A stretch of DNA of 40,761 nucleotides from contig JBAZXY010000002.1 in the NCBI GenBank assembly GCA_041659585.1, forward strand, positions 1 to 40,761, given 5' to 3'. Positions 34,687 to 40,761 of the stretch are shown in pieces. Each line of letters begins with the position of its first letter. Positions within the stretch are counted from its first letter, which is position 1. A model generated the notes under the pieces. That model saw only the letters and a program-made list of their open reading frames with translations. It ran no database searches and had not been told where the DNA came from. The position numbers were made by a program, and so were the translations under genes. This DNA is from Parcubacteria group bacterium. Its GTDB lineage: Bacteria; Patescibacteriota; Minisyncoccia; Moranbacterales; UBA2206.

Positions 34687-34742
34687 AGTATTAAAAAAAT
34701 TTGAAATTTAGAATTTAAAATTTGAAATTTAGAATTATTGAT

Positions 34743-35219
34743 TTATATTCTTCTTGGTTTCTTTGGTCGACAACCGTTATGCGGGATAGGAGTAATATCT
34801 TTAATCAGCAATAATTCAAAGCCATTATTAGACAAAGCTCGAATAGAAGCCTCTCTTCCACTGCCCACGCCCTTCACGAAAACTTCTAACTCTTGCAAGC
34901 CATATTTCTTCACCTTTTCTGAAACGCTAGCCACAACTTGAGTAGCTGCATAGGGAGTGGCCTTTTTAGCACCTTTAAAACCCATCATCCCGGAGGATGC
35001 CCATCCCAAAACAGCTCCATTGATATCTGCAATACTCACAATAGTGTTATTGTAAGTGCATTTCACAGTAGCTCTTCCTTTTAGGATTTGTCTCTTGGCT
35101 TTCTTAACTTTGCTCTGCTTAGCAACTTCAGGAGTCTTCACCTCTTCCACAGCAGCCTCTTTGGCAATTTCATTTTTCTCCTCCTTAACTTCTTTGGTTG
35201 TAACTTTTTCTTCAGTCAT
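34743..35219 (-). CDS. rpsK: 30S ribosomal protein S11 with about 45-aa acidic/Lys-rich N-terminal extension
   Basis: Core ...TVKCTYNNTIVSIADINGAVLGWASSGMMGFKGAKKATPYAA...TPIPHNGCRPKKPRR. Confidence 0.9.
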   Translation of the reverse strand: MTEEKVTTKEVKEEKNEIAKEAAVEEVKTPEVAKQSKVKKAKRQILKGRATVKCTYNNTIVSIADINGAVLGWASSGMMGFKGAKKATPYAATQVVASVSEKVKKYGLQELEVFVKGVGSGREASIRALSNNGFELLLIKDITPIPHNGCRPKKPRRI

Positions 35220-35327
35220 GTTTTAATTCTTAGTTCTTATTTCTTAAGCGCATGAGTCCTAATTCGCAGATAGTTAATTACTAACCCCTAGCGATAAAAC
35301 CACAAAGTTGCATATTCTAAATTTGCT

Positions 35328-35714
35328 CTAGGTCTTTTCTGTCTTCACTCTACCGCTACCCATTGTCCTTCTAACATTACCACGCACCGTTCGATTATTC
35401 GTTTTTGTTCGTTGCCCTCTAACAGGAAGACCTTTTTGATGCCTAGTTCCTCGATAACAACCTACTTCCTTTAATCGTTTGATATTATTTTTAACCGCAT
35501 GTTTAAGCTCTCCTTCCACTCGTAAATTCTTCTCCACGTATTCTCTAATCTTATTGCCCTGCTCTTCAGAAAGATCCTTTGTCCTGATTTGCTTGGATAT
35601 ATCCAGAGCATCCAGCACCTTAACCGCAAAACTTGGACCAATACCATAAATATAGGTAAGGGAAATTTCTATTCTTTTTTCATCAGGAATATTTACGCCA
35701 GCGATTCTTAACAT
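35328..35714 (-). CDS. rpsM: 30S ribosomal protein S13
   Basis: MLRIAGVNIPDEKRIEISLTYIYGIGPSFA...YRGTRHQKGLPVRGQRTKTNNRT. Confidence 0.92.
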   Translation of the reverse strand: MLRIAGVNIPDEKRIEISLTYIYGIGPSFAVKVLDALDISKQIRTKDLSEEQGNKIREYVEKNLRVEGELKHAVKNNIKRLKEVGCYRGTRHQKGLPVRGQRTKTNNRTVRGNVRRTMGSGRVKTEKT

Positions 35715-35815
35715 ATTTTTAGTAATTAGTTTTTAGTAATTAGTTGTAGCTATACATATCTGGTCTGATTTTTCTACAAGCTGCAAACCATCAACTATAG
35801 ATTTGGTAAATTAAA

Positions 35816-35929
35816 TTAGCCTTGTCTTTGTTTATGCTTCGGTGTAACACAAATCACAAAAAGAACTCCTTTTCGCTTCACTATCTTACACTTGTCACAA
35901 ATTTTTTTAACTGATGCTCTTACTTTCAT
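35816..35929 (-). CDS. rpmJ: 50S ribosomal protein L36 (37 aa, below ORF-track cutoff)
   Basis: Hand translation gives [37 protein letters not shown]. Its ATG lies 1 nt after the infA stop. Confidence 0.85.
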   Translation of the reverse strand: MKVRASVKKICDKCKIVKRKGVLFVICVTPKHKQRQG

Positions 35930-35930
35930 A

Positions 35931-36152
35931 TTATTTTAATCTTTGAATTATTCTGCCCTTAGATAGGTCATAGGGGCTCATCTCAATAAGCACTCTATCG
36001 CCAGGGAGAAGTCTAATATAATTAACTCGCATTCTACCAGAGATATGAGCCAGCACGACATGCCCATTATCCAGTTTCACCTTGAAGGTTGTACTGGGCA
36101 AATTCTCTTCCACAACGCCCTCCAATTTAACCAACTCTTTATTATTTTCCAT
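35931..36152 (-). CDS. infA: translation initiation factor IF-1
   Basis: ...[59 protein letters not shown] (S1-like OB fold pattern). Confidence 0.92.
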   Translation of the reverse strand: MENNKELVKLEGVVEENLPSTTFKVKLDNGHVVLAHISGRMRVNYIRLLPGDRVLIEMSPYDLSKGRIIQRLK

Positions 36153-36326
36153 AATATATCTAATTTGTCTGCTTTTATAAGAAACAAGAAAAGCATAAGC
36201 AAAAAAATAGACGGAGATTTCCCTGGGGCAAAAAAATTACCTCAGGAATAAAAATCGGTCCTAAATCATGCGTTTCATTCTCTTCCCTCTATTTTGAAAT
36301 TTATATGTCTTCTAACACCTTTTATT

Positions 36327-36355
36327 ATCTTAACGATATATTCAATTCTTGTCAA
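36327..36355 (-). promoter_or_regulatory. sigma70-like promoter (TTGACA-17-TAAGAT) for the infA-to-rplQ ribosomal operon
   Basis: On the minus strand TTGACA is at 36355-36350, followed by an exact 17-nt spacer and TAAGAT at 36332-36327. This leaves a leader of about 170 nt before infA. Confidence 0.5.
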
Positions 36356-36423
36356 CCCCACGCCCAACTCAGGCAAAAACACTAACAGAACCCTATAGCT
36401 AAGAACGTAAATTCATTCTACCT

Positions 36424-38430
36424 TTAATTTGCCAATGGGTCAAGAGAAATGGTTACGCGACTCTCATAAGCAGGTATTTTTCCGGTAATAAAGGATGGCC
36501 AATACACGACCTCCACTTTTTCAATATCACTGGCATGTTCAGTTATATAAGGCTGGATTTCCGCCTCTGTTTTTCCTAAAAGAGCTTGCTTTATTTTTTC
36601 CAAATCGATCTCCGGCACAATACTGCCAGTAGCATGCACTCGAATAACCAAATTCCCCTCTTTCAAATTAACATCCGCCTTGCCAAAATCTAAATGAATG
36701 GAATTTTCTGGAATTTGAGCACCGCGCTCTCCTTTTTTACTTAGCGCATTTATCACAATTGCATTCAAATCACTCCCCTTGAAGGTTAGCGCATTAGCCG
36801 TAGCGCGCACAGTAATAGAAAAATTATCCGCCACATCCCCAGAAGATTTAGTTAGGGTATAGGCAGCATCATCAACACTCACAGCATCCTCCAAGAAAAC
36901 ATACTCTGCGCCCACAGAATCTTTCAATTTTTGCGTAATAGACACTTTGAGCTCTTGCAGTGCTTTAGTTTTGGCAATATTAATATCGTTATCAGAAACT
37001 ATTTTTACCTTTTGACTACCTTGACCACCACCAATCATCGCTGAAAATGACTTAGCATAAATTTTTGCATATTTATCACCGCCACTACTTTCAAACCCAG
37101 GAATGCTGAAGGAAGTTGGTGCAATATTGTATTCCGAACCTGAATCATCAGCTATTACCTCTGCTTCAATAGCCCCTGGCTTATTCTCTGCACCAACCTT
37201 TTCCATGCCGGGGATGGTGACTGCTTTTACCAGCCTGAATATTTTCTTATCCGCACTTTCAAAACGAGTAGTTGCCACCAATGGCTGTGGACTAGTGCTG
37301 AATTCATTATAAATAGTAATCGCTCCACGAGCTTTTTGATTGGAAGAGTCTTTAACTCCGGTAGCTTCATAACTCTCAGTCAATTCTGAAGAAAGTGCAA
37401 CGGCTTTCACTGGGATAAGTTCGTTCACTAGGTCAGCTGAACTGGCGGTATTATTGCCATCCACCTGCAATTCCACTGATTGCACTTTGTTTCTTACAAA
37501 AACATTAATAGCAGCTTGGGGCAAAAAAAGATAAGCCGCTGATCCCAAGATAGCTAGGACAGCCACTAAAGTGAACAAAAAGAAATATCTACCCACGCTA
37601 CTGCCCACTCTAATATTTCTATACTTATCATCACTGTCACTCGACGGCTTTCTCTGCTCAAAGAATTTATTAGCTTTCTCAATCTTATCCTCTTCAAATT
37701 CTTGCTCAAGAGCATACTCCTCCTTAAAATCGTTCAGGGTTTCTTGTTTAAAAATTTTTCTCGGGCTATTTTTAACCACCTTCGCTGGCGCCTCATCAAT
37801 AGGGATATTATTTTCAATAATTTCCACATTTCTAATCATATCCATAGGCGCAGCAAACACCCCCCCTTTTGATCGCTTATTCCTAAATGAAGGTTGCTGT
37901 TTGCGGAGCTCTTCGCTTACATCCGTTACCAATTCTTTATTAATTATCCTCTCTTCATCCATTTCCTCTTGAAAAATCTCCTTATTTCTTTTTTCCGAAT
38001 AGACTATCGGCTCGTCCATAGGCTCAGTGCCTGACTGATAATAGCCAGCGGAGCCAATTTGATTGAAGTTCTTTTTATTTTTGCCGATTTTTTCACTCAC
38101 ATTGCCATTATCCAAATTAATATCCACAAACTCATCCTCCATATTATTTAGCTCTTCTACCTCCCAGCCATCAATATCATCCAATTTCTGCTCCACCTCG
38201 ATACCTGCCTTTTCAATCAACATTTTTCCCAGCTTATCTTGCGTAACGATAATCAGCTCTTTTTTGAAACTTTCTGATTCTTTTTTTAGCAACTTCAAAT
38301 TAACAATACTCTGAATTAGAATAGCTCGTTTAGGCACAACAATAACCACCTCCTTGGATTTAGATTTTCGCAATCTATCCACAATGGAAGTTATCTCTTC
38401 GTCAATATCAATATAAAATGTTTGATGCAC
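36424..38430 (-). CDS. hypothetical bitopic membrane protein (cytoplasmic about 290 aa, one TM, extracytoplasmic about 350 aa)
   Basis: 668-aa ORF with a central TM (YFFLFTLVAVLAILGSAAYLFL) and an acidic, low-complexity cytoplasmic linker. No family motif recognised. It lies directly downstream of ftsA. Confidence 0.6.
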   Translation of the reverse strand: MHQTFYIDIDEEITSIVDRLRKSKSKEVVIVVPKRAILIQSIVNLKLLKKESESFKKELIIVTQDKLGKMLIEKAGIEVEQKLDDIDGWEVEELNNMEDEFVDINLDNGNVSEKIGKNKKNFNQIGSAGYYQSGTEPMDEPIVYSEKRNKEIFQEEMDEERIINKELVTDVSEELRKQQPSFRNKRSKGGVFAAPMDMIRNVEIIENNIPIDEAPAKVVKNSPRKIFKQETLNDFKEEYALEQEFEEDKIEKANKFFEQRKPSSDSDDKYRNIRVGSSVGRYFFLFTLVAVLAILGSAAYLFLPQAAINVFVRNKVQSVELQVDGNNTASSADLVNELIPVKAVALSSELTESYEATGVKDSSNQKARGAITIYNEFSTSPQPLVATTRFESADKKIFRLVKAVTIPGMEKVGAENKPGAIEAEVIADDSGSEYNIAPTSFSIPGFESSGGDKYAKIYAKSFSAMIGGGQGSQKVKIVSDNDINIAKTKALQELKVSITQKLKDSVGAEYVFLEDAVSVDDAAYTLTKSSGDVADNFSITVRATANALTFKGSDLNAIVINALSKKGERGAQIPENSIHLDFGKADVNLKEGNLVIRVHATGSIVPEIDLEKIKQALLGKTEAEIQPYITEHASDIEKVEVVYWPSFITGKIPAYESRVTISLDPLAN

Positions 38431-38555
38431 CTGATTAAAATTTTAAAGTCTAAATTTAAAATTTTAAATAAAACCCTGATGATTAAATTTAAAATCTTTT
38501 AATAATTTAGTAATTTAAAATTGGTTTAAAAATTTATGACTTAAAATTTAAAATT

Positions 38556-39824
38556 CTATTTCTGAATCATCTTCACTGCTCTGCGCAATATGCCAGCCAT
38601 CACCTTCTCCTCTCCTGCCAAATCCAAAGCCAAGTTGGCCAGTCCCATAGGAGTGATGTCTTGTGGATCACGCAACTCTCCTGTAGCATCGATAATATTT
38701 ACCACGTCCTTAGGCTGCAGAAAACTGACTTGGGGTATTTTAGCAAATGGTAAGTCCTTGGTCCATTTTGATCCGGTCAAGGCTTTTTTGATACCAGGCA
38801 GACCCGAACCACCACCACACAGAAAAAAACGCGAAGGCAACACATCTGATCCGGCAAATTCAGCCAAAGATAATTCTACCCCAGAAAGCCAAACGGCGCA
38901 ATCATCGCTAAGCATTTTTTCAATTTTATAGGTAACATCTCCGCCCAATCGGCCTTCAGCATATTTGATTTTCAAAATTTCAGCCTCCTCAAAAGTGATG
39001 CCCAATTCTTGCGCCAAGCGCTTAGTGAAGGCCCTTCCACCCAGAGCGAACATTTTTGTCCCTTCCAATCCGCCATTCCGCACCACGGCAATATCCGTTG
39101 TGCCTCCTCCAATATCAATAAAAACCGCATTAAAATCCAAAGCATCCTCGATACCCATTGACCTAGCCACAGCATAGGGCTCCGCGGCAATGCTCAAAAG
39201 CTCCAATTTCAATTCTTCTGCAATAGACTGCAAGGCTCCCAGATGTACCATCGGCGCGTAGGCATTGAAAACCGAAATGGAAACGTCCCGCCCTTGGAAT
39301 CCCACGGGATTGGTGACGCGATAGCCGTCAATCCGCACGTCCACAATAGCCGCGTTGATCAACTTCACCTCAATTTCACTATGACCAGTTTCCCAGGCCA
39401 ACTGCTGGCGAATGCGGTCAAAAGCTTTCCATTGCACTTTTTGAATGATATTTTTCAACTCCGGCAAATCAATGCGTATTTCAGGCTTTATGCGTTCATA
39501 ATGCACGGTAGTAGTGGTACCCTTTACCAACTCCCCTGCAATACCCACAATGGCTTTCTCCACTTTTTTCACACCCGCCATCTGCTTGGCCATCTGAATT
39601 GCTTTTTTGGAATTTTCAATCACACCCGCAATATCCGAAACCGCTCCACTTTGCATATCTCCCAAACGTTGTCTGGCTCTACCCACGCCTGTCACAATAC
39701 CGTTACCTGTTTCCGCATCAATCTTAAAAACCAAAGCTTTCACTACCTCAGTTCCGATATCCAGAGAAAGCAGATAGTCTGATGACCCTCCATGACTACC
39801 TAAAATTTTAGAAAAAATCCCCAT
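38556..39824 (-). CDS. ftsA: cell division protein FtsA-like actin-family ATPase
   Basis: Phosphate-1 LSLDIGTEVVKALV and phosphate-2/adenosine FIDIGGGTTDIAVVRNG...ALGGRAFTKRLAQELG. The C-terminal amphipathic tail is MAGILRRAVKMIQK. PilM cannot be fully excluded. Confidence 0.8.
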   Translation of the reverse strand: MGIFSKILGSHGGSSDYLLSLDIGTEVVKALVFKIDAETGNGIVTGVGRARQRLGDMQSGAVSDIAGVIENSKKAIQMAKQMAGVKKVEKAIVGIAGELVKGTTTTVHYERIKPEIRIDLPELKNIIQKVQWKAFDRIRQQLAWETGHSEIEVKLINAAIVDVRIDGYRVTNPVGFQGRDVSISVFNAYAPMVHLGALQSIAEELKLELLSIAAEPYAVARSMGIEDALDFNAVFIDIGGGTTDIAVVRNGGLEGTKMFALGGRAFTKRLAQELGITFEEAEILKIKYAEGRLGGDVTYKIEKMLSDDCAVWLSGVELSLAEFAGSDVLPSRFFLCGGGSGLPGIKKALTGSKWTKDLPFAKIPQVSFLQPKDVVNIIDATGELRDPQDITPMGLANLALDLAGEEKVMAGILRRAVKMIQK

Positions 39825-39861
39825 TGCAAGAATATTTTTTTATTTATATTTATCTGCCTTT

Positions 39862-39890
39862 ATTATAGAATAAACTGGAGGTTTTGGCAA
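39862..39890 (-). promoter_or_regulatory. sigma70-like promoter (TTGCCA-17-TATAAT) for ftsA
   Basis: On the minus strand TTGCCA is at 39890-39885, followed by an exact 17-nt spacer and TATAAT at 39867-39862. Confidence 0.5.
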
Positions 39891-39897
39891 AATAAAA

Positions 39898-39944
39898 AAG
39901 GCGAATGTTTTTATAATAAGAATCTATTATAAAACATTCGCCTT
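39898..39944 (-). terminator. strong intrinsic terminator after the 186-aa gene
   Basis: Stem of about 18-20 bp with one bulge (aaggcgaatgtttttataata / tattataaaacattcgcctt), followed on the minus strand by CTTTTTTATTTT. Confidence 0.7.
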
Positions 39945-39953
39945 CACAAGGAG

Positions 39954-40514
39954 TTATTGAGGGATCATTACAGCCCGCTCAAAGTCCCACATCCGCAGTT
40001 GCGGATTTATTTCCGCAAGGGATGTCATTATAAAAAAACACTCACCCCCATCATCTTCTGAAGCAATGAAACTTGGGTCCAAGTCTGTCAGGATGGTCCG
40101 CAGATCACCCAAGTTCTCAGCGCGACAAACACTCTTATCAACACTAAGACGCAACAGTCCTGGATGATTCCTACCCGTAACATCTTTAATACCAGCCATT
40201 CCATCCTCCTGCTGCTGAGAAAAATTAGGGTGCACACTCTCTTGTGGCCAATAGTGCTGGGCATGGCCAGAAATAACCACGTCACTGAAACCGATTTTCC
40301 GCATAATCTTCAGCACTTTATCTGGATCACTATCACAGGCAAGCACCAGAACACCTTTTTTACCCACAACATCAGTGTCTTTAACGACATCATCCACCAA
40401 TGCTCCACTCGTTAAAAGCGACCCTTTGCCACTCCCCCTAAGAGGAAAAGTGACTATCACATCTCCCGTTTCTTGCCGCACACCAATTTCCAAAACACAT
40501 TTTTTTTCGCGCAT
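39954..40514 (-). CDS. hypothetical soluble protein (orphan, own promoter and terminator)
   Basis: 186-aa ORF with AAAGGAGAA 5 nt upstream of the ATG. No motif recognised. It is visibly more G+C-rich than the neighbouring ribosomal and ftsA genes. Confidence 0.55.
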   Translation of the reverse strand: MREKKCVLEIGVRQETGDVIVTFPLRGSGKGSLLTSGALVDDVVKDTDVVGKKGVLVLACDSDPDKVLKIMRKIGFSDVVISGHAQHYWPQESVHPNFSQQQEDGMAGIKDVTGRNHPGLLRLSVDKSVCRAENLGDLRTILTDLDPSFIASEDDGGECFFIMTSLAEINPQLRMWDFERAVMIPQ

Positions 40515-40590
40515 AAGTTCTCCTTTTGCATTTTTTGGGACTGATGTCCCTTTTCTTTTTTAAAAATACTAGCCAAAAAAGCTACTCCTC

Positions 40591-40619
40591 AATATAGCAC
40601 CTTTCCTGGCTTTTGTCAA
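40591..40619 (-). promoter_or_regulatory. sigma70-like promoter (TTGACA-17-TATATT) for the 186-aa gene
   Basis: On the minus strand TTGACA is at 40619-40614, followed by an exact 17-nt spacer and TATATT at 40596-40591. Confidence 0.5.
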
Positions 40620-40642
40620 TCTTTTTTCATAAGATGTAAAGA

Positions 40643-40684
40643 GGAAATGAAAATGTCCGCTTTTGCGGGAAATGAAAATGTCCG
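40643..40684. repeat. two 17-bp direct repeats (ggaaatgaaaatgtccg) with 25-bp spacing, just upstream of the -35
   Basis: Identical 17-mers at 40643-40659 and 40668-40684. The second overlaps a 9-bp-stem hairpin, aaaatgtcc/ggacatttt, at 40675-40697. Confidence 0.8.
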
Positions 40685-40761
40685 GTTTGGACATTTTTGT
40701 TAATGATTAGCGTATTGGTACTTTCTCCATGGATGATTGGCAGCTGGCGCTGATTTCGCCA

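Noticed and set aside
39243-39782. 179-aa plus-strand ORF antisense to ftsA, and similar long antisense ORFs at 10194-10724, 15046-15453 and 37571-37972.
   Set aside because: Each lies entirely within a motif-supported gene on the opposite strand. None has an SD or a recognisable motif.
40631-40761. Minus-strand reading frame open from the right edge through the 17-bp repeats (…TGHFHFPQKRTFSFPLYIL-stop).
   Set aside because: That frame reads straight through the direct repeats and the hairpin. A different frame ends at 40707 just before the hairpin and T-run, which fits a gene end plus terminator better. Either way there is too little sequence to call a CDS.
1-40761. Search for CRISPR arrays, IS elements, integrases, toxin-antitoxin pairs or recognisable phage-defence genes.
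   Set aside because: No repeat occurs more than twice with regular spacing. I saw no transposase/integrase motifs (DDE, or the tyrosine recombinase R..H..R..Y pattern) and no nuclease/ATPase defence architectures in any listed ORF.

Overview
AT-rich, very gene-dense bacterial window. I recognise 38 CDS, 33 of them on the minus strand. I saw no rRNA, tRNA, CRISPR array, transposase or integrase. Gene content suggests a reduced-genome Patescibacteria/CPR-like organism: a DUF4012 protein, Lys/Glu-rich tails on ribosomal proteins, an FtsA-like gene and very little metabolism. That taxonomic call is inference only. All domain calls come from reading motifs in the supplied translations; no database search was run. 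Layout: (1) 1-13060 is a cell-envelope/glycan locus. It holds an edge-truncated secreted LCAT-like lipase that is missing from the ORF track, a Wzm-type ABC-2 permease, a UDP-sugar epimerase, two GT-B glycosyltransferases, DUF4012, and a divergent plus-strand operon with a GT-C-like polytopic protein and a PEGA-domain protein. (2) 13161-13706 is a GNAT acetyltransferase. (3) 14082-16820 is the most interesting region. It is a 2.6-kb cassette bounded by near-identical 122-bp direct repeats. The cassette encodes an unannotated 50-aa Cys-rich peptide, a radical-SAM/SPASM maturase with an N-terminal extension, and an HExxH protein, so it looks like a RiPP (ranthipeptide/SCIFF-like) module. It sits directly downstream of a SET-domain gene and an orphan 7TM sensor histidine kinase. 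That kinase shows a sharp internal G+C break. (4) 19220-23626 holds a polyamine-type operon: an AdoMetDC::aminopropyltransferase fusion, a paralogous aminopropyltransferase and a PurD-like ATP-grasp ligase. A membrane protein next to it is driven by a duplicated 68-bp promoter/leader module. (5) 23728-31282 holds an MsbA-like ABC exporter, a stand-alone 7TM paralog of the kinase sensor, a DEAD-box helicase, a PilZ-like protein and DUF2207. (6) 31394-36152 is the ribosomal block infA-rpmJ-rpsM-rpsK-rpsD-rpoA-rplQ-rplM-rpsI; rpmJ is below the ORF-track cutoff. (7) 36424-40514 holds a 668-aa bitopic protein, ftsA and an orphan 186-aa gene.
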